This document shows, one piece after another, positions 16,927-26,186 of a stretch of 26,201 bases of DNA (within the stretch, counting starts at the first letter, position 1; every line of letters starts with the position of its first letter). Made by a program: the position numbers and the translations under genes. The DNA is from a virus (lineage: Duplodnaviria > Caudoviricetes). The notes under the pieces are model-generated. The model did not search any database. It was not told the origin of the DNA and saw only the letters and a list, made by a program, of their open reading frames with translations. The stretch covers positions 1 through 26,201 of IMG/VR virus record IMGVR_UViG_3300006120_000082, one strand, 5' to 3'.

Positions 16927-17159
16927 TTTGGCTTAATTAAATTTTCAAATATAGAATTATTGAGTTTTCTAACGAATAAAGTAATTTCGTCTGGTGTTAG
17001 TTTATCGGCATGATTGGAAGCGATCTGATATGCCAGATCAACTCCCATCAGCTTTTGTTGTTGCCAGCCAAACCAATCTTTAACACCAGAATCGGCTTGA
17101 CCAGCAAGGTATGTCAAATAGTTTGCTAAATCGTTATTATTTTTTATTGTCGGATTCAT
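16923..17159 (-). CDS. hypothetical protein
   Basis: 78 aa, tightly packed between tail tube and gp10-like genes with an ATGA overlap. Confidence 0.7.
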   Translation of the reverse strand: MNPTIKNNNDLANYLTYLAGQADSGVKDWFGWQQQKLMGVDLAYQIASNHADKLTPDEITLFVRKLNNSIFENLIKPK

Positions 17160-17162
17160 ATA

Positions 17163-17684
17163 TTAAGTGTTATTTGACCAACCGTATTGATTACCTCTTG
17201 GGTGAATCGTGAATGTGCATTTCGCTTCTGCGTTAGGTGCATTGTCGATAGTGAACTCAGAAACACGGCCATTGAAAGCATATGCTACTGTGTTTGCGCC
17301 ATCAACTGCGGCAATAACGAATGTACGATCAATGATTCCGCTGTAAGCATCGGCACGAATCAACAATAGACCAGCATCGCTTGGATTCCATGCGGCAACG
17401 ATTGTCATTGAAGTTGGTTTGCTTTGTGTTGGGATAACATCAGACTGACGGCTACCAGCAACATAAAAGTTAGCAGAAGCATCATCTTGACCAAACTTAG
17501 GGATTGCTTCAACATTCAAAATTTCGCCAGTAGAGCCAGTACCATTAGCAGAAGTACCAACAATAGATGCAACTTCACCAGTCCAAGTGGATAACTGAGT
17601 AAGAGTTAAAGGTGTTGGAGTTGCGCCAGTTTGACACCATAACGATGCCGAAAACCCAGGTAACACTTGATTTGGGAGAGCCAT
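17163..17684 (-). CDS. major tail (tube) protein
   Basis: 173 aa and beta-rich; VEAIPKFGQ and YAFNGRVSEFTI..NAEAKCTFTI tube-like pattern; strong AAGGA RBS; follows the tail terminator. Confidence 0.8.
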   Translation of the reverse strand: MALPNQVLPGFSASLWCQTGATPTPLTLTQLSTWTGEVASIVGTSANGTGSTGEILNVEAIPKFGQDDASANFYVAGSRQSDVIPTQSKPTSMTIVAAWNPSDAGLLLIRADAYSGIIDRTFVIAAVDGANTVAYAFNGRVSEFTIDNAPNAEAKCTFTIHPRGNQYGWSNNT

Positions 17685-17722
17685 TTTTAATCCTTCAAAA
17701 ATAAAAAGTTAATCAAATTATA

Positions 17723-18139
17723 TTATGTTGGAATGTCTAAAGTGCAATCCATAATAATATGGTTTAACTTTACTGTATCATCATAAGTATTATACAACCA
17801 AACTACATCTGCTTTGGCTACATAAAACCCGCTTGAACCGCCAAATTGCCCATTATATCCGTGCAATGATTGTAATATAGTATTTGATATATTAAAAGCA
17901 TCATTCTGATCTTGTGCAAACACATTAATCTGAAAGACGGGGCGATCAATGCCCTTATTATTCTGGTTTTGCCCTGTATATACGGGCTGGTGAATATTCC
18001 TTAATTGCCAAGTAATAAACTTAGGCTGTTTAGCAAATTCACGGTTAAATACTGCATATACGGGGATTGAATTTCCCACCACAGATTTAAGCTGATATTG
18101 AACGGCTTTGCCATATACGGCTGGATTGTTTTGGCTCAT
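17723..18139 (-). CDS. tail terminator (DUF3168-like)
   Basis: PVYA...PKFITW...FQINVFA...ILQSLHGY pattern; directly precedes the tube gene. Confidence 0.75.
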   Translation of the reverse strand: MSQNNPAVYGKAVQYQLKSVVGNSIPVYAVFNREFAKQPKFITWQLRNIHQPVYTGQNQNNKGIDRPVFQINVFAQDQNDAFNISNTILQSLHGYNGQFGGSSGFYVAKADVVWLYNTYDDTVKLNHIIMDCTLDIPT

Positions 18140-18480
18140 ACTTGTGTCTGTGGATCGTTACGGTAACAAGTAAATGTAATGCTCATTTTGTCATTTGCTT
18201 CATTGACATCAGCAATACGCCAGTCGTGACTACGCCATTTAAAAGCATAATCTACTTGATCTGTAGACATGGTAACGGTGTTAGGGGTGTAATTAAGCAT
18301 AAATTTGACATGGTTTTCGTATACCCGTTCATCCTTTGGGATGGTCAAATCATTGCGTACATCCATAATCTTAGCCCTAGTGGTAAACCACTTGGTTAAT
18401 ACGGTGTTAGTCTGCCCTATATCATCAACAGATATAGCGACTTTATTAACATCCACATTTTCAAAACGGGCGATTGCCAT
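18136..18480 (-). CDS. head closure / head-tail joining protein (SPP1 gp16-like)
   Basis: DDIGQ...WFTTRAKI...WRSHDWRIADV pattern, 114 aa, after the adaptor. Confidence 0.7.
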   Translation of the reverse strand: MAIARFENVDVNKVAISVDDIGQTNTVLTKWFTTRAKIMDVRNDLTIPKDERVYENHVKFMLNYTPNTVTMSTDQVDYAFKWRSHDWRIADVNEANDKMSITFTCYRNDPQTQV

Positions 18481-19149
18481 TTATAGCACCAGCGGTTTAT
18501 ATGGGCGTAAAAGTTGCTCTACGCCAAATGGCAACTTAGCCAACTGTCCTGTTGTAGTGTCGCTACGGTTGTTATAAAGATGGGTTAAAAGCAATAAACC
18601 AGCTTGCTGAATAACTGGGTAACTAGCCAAAGGGTTAGCGGCCAAAGTATAGGTAACAACAATCGGATTGCTAATAAACTGGTTTACTTCGCTTGGAATA
18701 CCGCTAACAATAACTTTATTGCCAGTAGGATCATAAAAATACTGATCTGACGGTATTAGGGTAAATGCTGGGGTTGTGTCGCTTGTATAGTAACCAACGG
18801 TATTAATGACCACGCCAGGTATAGACCCGTTGTTTTGTCCGACTTCTGGCAAATCAAGCATAACTTGTGTGCCACTCATGCCATTAAACGCCCCGTAGTA
18901 GACCTTATAACTTACGATGAATATGGACATACCCAAATAGTCCTCGATGGCCATACGGGTTGCCAATTCAAGGCTAAATAGATAATCTGCTTGGCTGGTA
19001 TCGCCAACCAAATTAAGCTGTTGTAGGATTTGATCCAAACTTAGCCAAGAACTGCTTATATCTCGGCTAGTTTGCTCAATCTTTTCATAGCTAAAGGGGT
19101 TACGGACTGTACCTAAGTACGGCCCGTTGGTATAACTATCTAATGGCAT
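18481..19149 (-). CDS. head-tail adaptor (HK97 gp6-like, long form)
   Basis: LSLDQILQQL...ATRMAIEDYLG...IQQAGLLLLTHLYNNR...LPFGVEQLLRPYK signature. Confidence 0.9.
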   Translation of the reverse strand: MPLDSYTNGPYLGTVRNPFSYEKIEQTSRDISSSWLSLDQILQQLNLVGDTSQADYLFSLELATRMAIEDYLGMSIFIVSYKVYYGAFNGMSGTQVMLDLPEVGQNNGSIPGVVINTVGYYTSDTTPAFTLIPSDQYFYDPTGNKVIVSGIPSEVNQFISNPIVVTYTLAANPLASYPVIQQAGLLLLTHLYNNRSDTTTGQLAKLPFGVEQLLRPYKPLVL

Positions 19150-19156
19150 ATTGGCC

Positions 19157-20188
19157 TTATGATTCTAAACGGACACCCGCAAATACATCACGAATTGTTG
19201 AGCATACACGCTTTTCAGCATACAGGGTTACTGTACCTGGTTGTGTTTGCTCTAAACGCTGGATGCTAAATTCTTCGTGATCCACGATAGTTACAAACTT
19301 ATCCCAGTTAGCCAAATAGATTGGGAAATTGCCACTACCAACCACTTGCATATATGGATTAGGAATTACAGGGAAACCAAATACATGAGCAACTGCACCA
19401 CCATCAGAATCACCAACTTCAACAAACAATGGCTGACCAGTAGAACTTGTCAATTCACGCAATGCCAAAATAGTATTTGGGTGCATATGCCAAGAAGTAC
19501 CTGGCAAACTCCAGTATTGGGCTGGCAATGCAGATGCTAAAGATGCAATGTCGTTATAAACGATTGTGCCGCCAGTAGCGGTGCTAACAGTCTTAACTGT
19601 ATGCAAACCGTTTGTTGCGCCAGAACCGCTTGTACCAAATGCGGCAGATGAACCACTTGGATAGTAGTTTAAGCCACGCAAACCATTGGTTGCACCAGTT
19701 GATGTTGTGCCAGAACCAGCTTGATCATTGTTCTGAATCATAGACAATGCTTCTTGTTGGCTAAATTCAAGCATCAAATCGCCAACAACTGCTTCATCAA
19801 GGTTATTAATATCATCCATTGCGGCAGTACGAATTGGTAACTGCGCTGTAATGGCTTGTAAAGGTAATTGCCAAAATGATGTGGCAATGTTTGGAGTACC
19901 AGAGTTTACATTAACTGGATAGCCCCACGGATTCGTTGCATTTGTAGCGTTACCAGTCTTAACAACAAACGCTTCATTTGAACCAATCGTAGTAATTTCT
20001 CGACTTCCCATACGCAATGGATTAGCCATACGCAACGATGCAAAAGCATCATCATAAATAACACGACCACCAACCCCAGAGCCAGAACCCTGTAGCCCAG
20101 CGGCTTCTTTTAAATTTACCTTTACCGAATCACCATTTTTATCGGTTAAGGCTGATTTGATTGCTTCAAGGATTAGTTGATTTTTCAT
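19157..20188 (-). CDS. second HK97-fold capsid protein (paralog lacking the long delta domain)
   Basis: Shares with the upstream MCP: GGR..YD, NPxR, KTGN, WGYPVN, PIRTAAxDDI, EFSQQExLSMIxNNDQ, GLRGLNxY and PGxxTxYxEKR. Confidence 0.88.
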   Translation of the reverse strand: MKNQLILEAIKSALTDKNGDSVKVNLKEAAGLQGSGSGVGGRVIYDDAFASLRMANPLRMGSREITTIGSNEAFVVKTGNATNATNPWGYPVNVNSGTPNIATSFWQLPLQAITAQLPIRTAAMDDINNLDEAVVGDLMLEFSQQEALSMIQNNDQAGSGTTSTGATNGLRGLNYYPSGSSAAFGTSGSGATNGLHTVKTVSTATGGTIVYNDIASLASALPAQYWSLPGTSWHMHPNTILALRELTSSTGQPLFVEVGDSDGGAVAHVFGFPVIPNPYMQVVGSGNFPIYLANWDKFVTIVDHEEFSIQRLEQTQPGTVTLYAEKRVCSTIRDVFAGVRLES

Positions 20189-20196
20189 ATTTCTTC

Positions 20197-20231
20197 CAAA
20201 AGATTAAGTTGGGGGGACTTTTGATCCCCCC
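20197..20231 (-). terminator. GC-rich hairpin after the major capsid gene (probably a leaky intrinsic terminator)
   Basis: GGGGGGAU-CAAAA-GUCCCCCC (20231-20211) followed by an interrupted U tract AACUUAAUCUUUU. Confidence 0.6.
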
Positions 20232-20238
20232 GCCTTTA

Positions 20239-21594
20239 TTACGCTGTTGCTGTTGCGGTAGAACGGTAAGCAATAATACTTAGCGGGTCGACGTTGCTGG
20301 TTGCTAGACGTTTTTCGCCATAGAAAGTTATGTAGCCTGGGAGGGTCTGATCATATCTACGGAGAACCATGTTTAAGCGATCAACAATAGTATGGCCACG
20401 CTGGAAGTCACCGAAATACATTGGGAACAAGTTAGCCGCTGTGTTACCAGAAAACTCACTTGGATTATCAACATATTTGTTAACTACTACATCAAAACCT
20501 AACATACGGCCAACGATACCATCAGCATCGCCTGGGTGCATACGTTCAAAAATTGGTGTGCCATTGTTATCTTTCAAGCCACGGATTTGTGCCAAGAAGA
20601 TTGGGTTAACCAAGAATTTCGCTGTTGGTGTCCAGTATTGTTGTGGCAAGTTGTAGATGAAGTTAATGATGTCTTGATAAGTCACATTAGCCGCACCAAC
20701 TGTATTACCGTTAGTAGTGATCTGGTCATAAACAGCCAAGCTGTTCAAACCGTTGCTAGTAGCAATACCAGAAGTACCGAAAGCACCAGTAGTGATTGTG
20801 CCGCCAGTATAAGTACCGTTAGCACCATAGTTAGCGTATTGATTCAAACCACGCAAACCCTGTGTACCACCGTATGTATTAGGTGAATCAGTTTGATCGT
20901 TGTTCTTGATCATTGATAGACCTTCTTGCTGGCTAAATTCCATCAACATATCATCAACCACATTGGCTTCCAAACCATCGATGTCATCAAGTGCCGCAGT
21001 ACGGATTGGGAATTGGACATTCAAGTCTTGTAGAATTAATTGCCAAATAACTGTAGATTCAGTTGTTGGGTTAGGGCCACTAGATGTGTTGTTATTTACT
21101 GGATACCCCCAGAAAGCTCCAGAATTGCCCGTTTTTGCTCTAAATTGATATGTAGAACCATCAGTAGTTACATTACGGGAAAGACCACGCATAGGGTTAA
21201 TCAAACGGAGTGTATGGAACACAGGATCGTAAGCAGTACGACCACCGATGTTGTAACCGCCACCAGTCAATGAAGAACTTTCAGTTAAGTATGCTTGATA
21301 TTGTGATTCATCTTCAAACATCTTTAATTCTTTTTCCATCGAACCTTTTTTAGCAAACTTTTTGAGTTGCTCGCGAACCATCTTGTTTACATCTTCCTTG
21401 ATGGATTTAGCTGGCTTGATGATTGATGGTGCTGTGTTGATTTCTGAAACACGGGCTTCGATAGTAGCCAATTTCTCAGCAACTTCGGCCTTAACAGCTT
21501 CAACAGCGGCAACAGCTTCGGTTTTTACTTCTTGGATTTTTGCTTCGTTAGCTTGCTCAATAGCATCCAACTTTTCAATAATTTTGTCAGACAT
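20239..21594 (-). CDS. major capsid protein, HK97 family
   Basis: ~105-aa coiled-coil delta domain, then HK97 fold (GRMLGFDVVVN, MYFGDF, ITFYGEKR); AAGGA RBS; follows the protease. Confidence 0.95.
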   Translation of the reverse strand: MSDKIIEKLDAIEQANEAKIQEVKTEAVAAVEAVKAEVAEKLATIEARVSEINTAPSIIKPAKSIKEDVNKMVREQLKKFAKKGSMEKELKMFEDESQYQAYLTESSSLTGGGYNIGGRTAYDPVFHTLRLINPMRGLSRNVTTDGSTYQFRAKTGNSGAFWGYPVNNNTSSGPNPTTESTVIWQLILQDLNVQFPIRTAALDDIDGLEANVVDDMLMEFSQQEGLSMIKNNDQTDSPNTYGGTQGLRGLNQYANYGANGTYTGGTITTGAFGTSGIATSNGLNSLAVYDQITTNGNTVGAANVTYQDIINFIYNLPQQYWTPTAKFLVNPIFLAQIRGLKDNNGTPIFERMHPGDADGIVGRMLGFDVVVNKYVDNPSEFSGNTAANLFPMYFGDFQRGHTIVDRLNMVLRRYDQTLPGYITFYGEKRLATSNVDPLSIIAYRSTATATA

Positions 21595-21603
21595 GATATT
21601 TCC

Positions 21604-22407
21604 TTATTTGATGCGTTTAGATAGTTGCTTCAATAATTCTCTTTCCTCAAGGGCTTTAAGAATTTCATCAGCTTCGTTTACCACCGCTTCCAACTCACTT
21701 GGTTGTGGTGTTTCTTTAACAACTTCCTTGCCAGCATCACGCTGTTCAAGAATTTTCTTAAAGACGGAAGATGCGGTGGTCGCACCTTTCTTGGACAGCC
21801 CAGCATCACGCAAGGTCTGCTCAACTATACGAGGATTTAAATGCCCTTCGGCATCGAAACACTCTAATCTTTGAATTTCGGCATTGGGATTGTTTGGGTA
21901 CATAACCACAGACACTTCACGCAAGCCGCCTTTAGTAATTTGAAAATAGGCTTCTTCGTCATCATCGTTATCGTCATCCATTGGCTCACCATCGCCATCA
22001 ACCCAACACGCTTCATCTGCGTATGCGCCAACGGAAACACCGCCAAATAGATTAGGGGATGATTTCAATACTTCATAAAGGTCAGAACCAGTTGAAGTAT
22101 TCATAAATAGATTGCCTTTAGCAACCATGCCATCTTTATCAAAGTTAAACTCATTCCATTGACCGACTGGCATACCCATGTCGTTATGGTTTAAAAACAT
22201 TGGTAATGGTTTACCCTCAGATTTAAACTGTTCTGCCCATTCAGCAAAGCCGTCAGGCTGATAGTTAAACTTTCTACCGTCTGCGCCCTCACGCTTACCC
22301 CATGTAGTAACACGGGCAACAATATTGCCGCTAGGATTTTGGGATTCTTTGCCTTGTTTTTCTAGGCTTAGTTGTGCTTCGCAAACGACTGTCAGGTTTT
22401 GATTCAT
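21604..22407 (-). CDS. prohead protease (HK97 family, peptidase S78)
   Basis: LPMFLNHN..PVGQW, GGVSVG (catalytic His/Ser) and LREVSVVMYP; C-terminal LRDAGLSK motif. Confidence 0.93.
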   Translation of the reverse strand: MNQNLTVVCEAQLSLEKQGKESQNPSGNIVARVTTWGKREGADGRKFNYQPDGFAEWAEQFKSEGKPLPMFLNHNDMGMPVGQWNEFNFDKDGMVAKGNLFMNTSTGSDLYEVLKSSPNLFGGVSVGAYADEACWVDGDGEPMDDDNDDDEEAYFQITKGGLREVSVVMYPNNPNAEIQRLECFDAEGHLNPRIVEQTLRDAGLSKKGATTASSVFKKILEQRDAGKEVVKETPQPSELEAVVNEADEILKALEERELLKQLSKRIK

Positions 22408-22527
22408 TTATAATCCCATCTTTAATCGAGTAATCGATGTCGTATATTATATGAGATTTTTTTGATTTTATCGGCAGTTTAGCATTAAACCGCCTAATCA
22501 TTGAATCCAATCTATCTTTTATTGTCA

Positions 22528-24012
22528 TTAAGTTGTGCCAATATTCATTTTGCGGGTTTGATTGCCCCCGCCACCACCAGTATCTTGTGGGCTTGTGCCT
22601 GGAATAATTTTAGCTGTTTTCGATGTTACTGGTATATCTGTAGATGATAATTTTTGTGTATTAACGCCACCTAATTCATCACCGCCATCAATTTTAGCAA
22701 TATTCAAATATTCACGGGCTTCATTTGGGGTCATAATGCCACCAGCAACACCAGCATTAACAAAATTCATTTGGTCTAATGCCGCACCTTTTAAGAAATC
22801 TTTAGTATCAAAACGGATTGCAAGGTTTGGATAACCTTTTAATAATCCCATTTTGAATTTTTGCTCAATATTAATAATCATTGGGTACATGGTAGTTTTA
22901 TAAAACTCATCCAATAATGTTTGAGTATTATTATATTTACCCATTTCCAAACCTAATAATTGTGCTGGTACGCCAAACAATGCACAAATACGCTTGGTAG
23001 TTTGATCTTTTAATTTGCTGGCTTCGGCATCTTGCAATGTCAGCATATGGACTGGTGTGTAAGTCATGCCTTGATCTAGCAACATTCCTTGACCTGGCTT
23101 ACTCAAATCGCTTGGGCGGCTACCAGTCATGCTAGACCATGCTTCTTTTAGTCTGGCGGCAATTTCTTTAAATTTGCTATCTGGAATTACTTGAGTTGTG
23201 CTGAAAATGCCAGATGGCTTTGCGCCATTTTGCATGACATAGTTAGCATACAAGTCAATATCAGTATCAAGTGCCACCAATTCAGTTGCCAAAATACCTT
23301 TGTTAAAACCAGCAGAACCTTGCCACGGGGCTTCGGTGCAATGTATTACCTGATAAGCGGCCAATGGCTCATCCTTGTTAAATCCGTATGTTGGTGTAGA
23401 TACACGGTATGTCGGATAACGGGCTGGGCTGGCTTGAACGGTAATTAGAGTTGCATCAAGGTTATATAACTCAATCGGGGTTTGGTTAGGGTCTTTTTGG
23501 TCTTTACGGTATAGCAATGTAAATACCTCACCCGCCAGGGAATACCATAATGCCCATTGATACCAAAACTCATATTGGTTTTGGAAGTTATTTGGCTCAG
23601 TTAATAGGTTTAATACTTGTTTGGCTTTGTTTTTATCCCGTGTGCCAGATTTATCAGACTTTAAACAATCTTCAAAAGTGCCATCATCAGTCTTATACAT
23701 GACTGTTAATGAACATTGCGCTAATGCTCTAGCAATCATATTGGCACAAGACATTACCGTACTATTACGGGATAGCACCGACATATCCACAACTCGACCC
23801 GCATTAGTGGCCGATGCTGTAGTTACATACAGTAATTGGAAGTTTGCGCCTTGTTGACCGCCTTGATTTTGGCGTAATATTTGGTTACCTAGTTGGGTTT
23901 GACCAAATAGCGTATTGTTTTCGTTAAGGTTTTGCACAGAAACTTCTGATGTTTGCACCTCATTTTTGGGCAAATTGTATTTATCTTTATTGAATATATC
24001 TAACATTCCCAT
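22528..24012 (-). CDS. portal protein, HK97 family
   Basis: VMSCANMIARALA, EPNNFQ, NGAKPSGI, ICALFGVP and GIMTPNEAR motifs. Confidence 0.95.
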   Translation of the reverse strand: MGMLDIFNKDKYNLPKNEVQTSEVSVQNLNENNTLFGQTQLGNQILRQNQGGQQGANFQLLYVTTASATNAGRVVDMSVLSRNSTVMSCANMIARALAQCSLTVMYKTDDGTFEDCLKSDKSGTRDKNKAKQVLNLLTEPNNFQNQYEFWYQWALWYSLAGEVFTLLYRKDQKDPNQTPIELYNLDATLITVQASPARYPTYRVSTPTYGFNKDEPLAAYQVIHCTEAPWQGSAGFNKGILATELVALDTDIDLYANYVMQNGAKPSGIFSTTQVIPDSKFKEIAARLKEAWSSMTGSRPSDLSKPGQGMLLDQGMTYTPVHMLTLQDAEASKLKDQTTKRICALFGVPAQLLGLEMGKYNNTQTLLDEFYKTTMYPMIINIEQKFKMGLLKGYPNLAIRFDTKDFLKGAALDQMNFVNAGVAGGIMTPNEAREYLNIAKIDGGDELGGVNTQKLSSTDIPVTSKTAKIIPGTSPQDTGGGGGNQTRKMNIGTT

Positions 24013-24045
24013 GATTTTTCCCTTACATTTCTTAACGATTTTACA

Positions 24046-25707
24046 TCAAAAACTTCTGAATCCGAATGAATTTGATACAAAAGGGTTATCTAAACTGCAA
24101 TGGGCGGCAATAATCATGGCAATAATGCCGTCAACTTTGGCTGATTTGTCAGATTCGTTCTTGCGAACCTTGATATTTCCGTTCACATCTTCATACACTT
24201 CACAATTTCCTAGTTGCCATCCTACAAATGGGTTACCATCGTGTTTAATCTGATGGTTCATTATTAGCTTTTCTACATACTTGGAAGGATTATTTAACAC
24301 GGCCATCCCCTGTCCAACCTTTTTTACAGGAATCCCAGCATCATGCAAACGAGCAACCATAGAAGCGGCATTGTAAGCATCGTAACCTACCTCTTTTACA
24401 TCATACTTTTCACATTGGTTTTTGATGAATTCGCTAATCTCCCGATCATCCATTACATTACCTTCGGTCAGCTTGAGAATCCCAGACTGGATGGCTACTT
24501 CAAATATATCCAGATAATGCTTGGGTATTAATTCAAGTGCGGCTTCTGGCAAAAAGAATTGAAACTCAGCAAAGTATTCATTTTCTTGATAACGCTTTAA
24601 AGTGCATACGGCATTTAAGTCACGGGTGGCCGCCAAGTCAAATCCGATAAATACGGCTTCTGGGTCTTGGGCTGGCAATACATCGGCAGATTCATCCCAG
24701 TAATTTCTGTCAATCCATGCGCTATTGGCACTAACAAATATGTTAAGTGTCTTGCATAAGAATTCATTAAGTGCGGCTGGCTTGTGTTTGGCTTCTTCGC
24801 ATCGTTGGGCAATCGCATCTTCAAATACAGATATGCCGTGCATGGGATTAGCCTTTGCCCAGGTCTTAGGGTCTTTCCAGTCATCTTCTGGGTCTAAGCC
24901 ATAAAGCAAACCAAACCATCTTGGGTTGTCAGTTGCTTCGCCATTAAGCATCGATTCAAACATCGACATATCTTCATAAAACTTGGTGTCTTTAGTAAAA
25001 CTGGCAGTTGTAATATATATACGCAATGGATTCTGACGGGCAACCATACCAGAATGTAATACTTCAATAGAGTTGCGATCTACAATCTGGGCGGCTTCAT
25101 CCACGATTACGCATGATGGGTTTTTACCGTCACCAGTTTTTTTGGTGTCACGGGATAACGCCTTAAACATTGATTGTGAATCGCCAGAATTTTTAATCTC
25201 ATACTTGCTGACTTCAAACCATGACTGGGCTTCTGGCGGTAAGTTTTCAATAAATCCTTTGGCGGCATCAAACACAATCGTTGCTTGTTCACGATTAGTT
25301 GCCAGGGTAAAAACTTCTGCACCAACTTCGCCAAACTTTAATTCGTAAAGAGCAATGATGGCCGTTAGTGTCGACTTACCAGCTTTACGGGGAATGTATA
25401 GTATTACATCTGTGACCATCCGTTTAGATACATCCGTCTTTTTACGGAATCCATAAACGGCACAAATAAAGAAAATTTGGAATGGGTCTAATACTATTGG
25501 CTTGCCAGCATCAGGGCCTTTAGTGTGCTTCATGTGCGATGCAACATCTAACACATGAACGGGAAACCTAGAATCAAAAATCCAGTCCCATTCTGTATTA
25601 GCGTATTGATCTAAAAATCGTTGACAAGATGCACGAACATTTCGGCAAACATTAATTTTGCCATCGACTACATCGTGTGCGTATTGAACACCTAATTCCC
25701 AATTCAT
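24046..25707 (-). CDS. terL: terminase large subunit
   Basis: Walker A IPRKAGKST, Walker B VIVDEAA, coupling ITTA, WAKANP, nuclease GFDLA..RDL and KVDGIIA. Confidence 0.97.
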   Translation of the reverse strand: MNWELGVQYAHDVVDGKINVCRNVRASCQRFLDQYANTEWDWIFDSRFPVHVLDVASHMKHTKGPDAGKPIVLDPFQIFFICAVYGFRKKTDVSKRMVTDVILYIPRKAGKSTLTAIIALYELKFGEVGAEVFTLATNREQATIVFDAAKGFIENLPPEAQSWFEVSKYEIKNSGDSQSMFKALSRDTKKTGDGKNPSCVIVDEAAQIVDRNSIEVLHSGMVARQNPLRIYITTASFTKDTKFYEDMSMFESMLNGEATDNPRWFGLLYGLDPEDDWKDPKTWAKANPMHGISVFEDAIAQRCEEAKHKPAALNEFLCKTLNIFVSANSAWIDRNYWDESADVLPAQDPEAVFIGFDLAATRDLNAVCTLKRYQENEYFAEFQFFLPEAALELIPKHYLDIFEVAIQSGILKLTEGNVMDDREISEFIKNQCEKYDVKEVGYDAYNAASMVARLHDAGIPVKKVGQGMAVLNNPSKYVEKLIMNHQIKHDGNPFVGWQLGNCEVYEDVNGNIKVRKNESDKSAKVDGIIAMIIAAHCSLDNPFVSNSFGFRSF

Positions 25708-26150
25708 CTAGCCAATGGGCCAGCGGCTAATCTTGCAACTGGCGATTCTTTTCTTATATTAGTCTTTACTAACTTAGACTTAGGGGTTAGCCCTAATTCG
25801 TTCATCAGCCTTACAATTTGTGTCAATGTCTTATCCCTAATACTAATCAACGGATTTGGTGCAAGAGTTTTGCCATCGTTGGTAGATATTATTAGGTCTG
25901 CGCCAACCAATCCAATATTACAGCTTACATAAGTTTCAATCTGGTCTGCCAGCATACTTAGCGTATGTTTGTTCTGGTCATCATATATCCCGTAACTATC
26001 ATAGATGTAATCGGCAGTTTCTTGGGTAAATTTCTTTTTGTCCCAGGCTAAAGGATTTTCCATCCACTCCGCATGGGGAATTCTTTTACGCAAATTCGCA
26101 CTTAGGGAATTCCCTTCGACTAAGCGCAACTCAGTTGGTTTGTTTTCCAT
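25704..26150 (-). CDS. terS: terminase small subunit (P27-like)
   Basis: KPTELRLVEG start, PNPLISI...ELGLTPKSK motif; ATGA overlap with terL. Confidence 0.9.
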   Translation of the reverse strand: MENKPTELRLVEGNSLSANLRKRIPHAEWMENPLAWDKKKFTQETADYIYDSYGIYDDQNKHTLSMLADQIETYVSCNIGLVGADLIISTNDGKTLAPNPLISIRDKTLTQIVRLMNELGLTPKSKLVKTNIRKESPVARLAAGPLAR

Positions 26151-26157
26151 GCGTATT

Positions 26158-26186
26158 ATTATATACCCCCCCTCATACTTTGTCTT
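26158..26186 (-). promoter_or_regulatory. sigma70-like promoter upstream of terS
   Basis: AAGACA (26186-26181) - 17 bp - TATAAT (26163-26158), 7 nt before the terS ATG. Confidence 0.45.

Noticed and set aside
20189-20241. Readthrough or frameshift fusion of the two capsid genes
   Set aside because: Tandem TAATAA stops, no slippery heptamer seen, and copy 2 has its own GGAAG RBS.
1256-25348. Plus-strand ORFs in the track (e.g. 21362..21874, 20536..20886, 23915..24253)
   Set aside because: All are antisense to well-supported genes and have no recognisable motifs.
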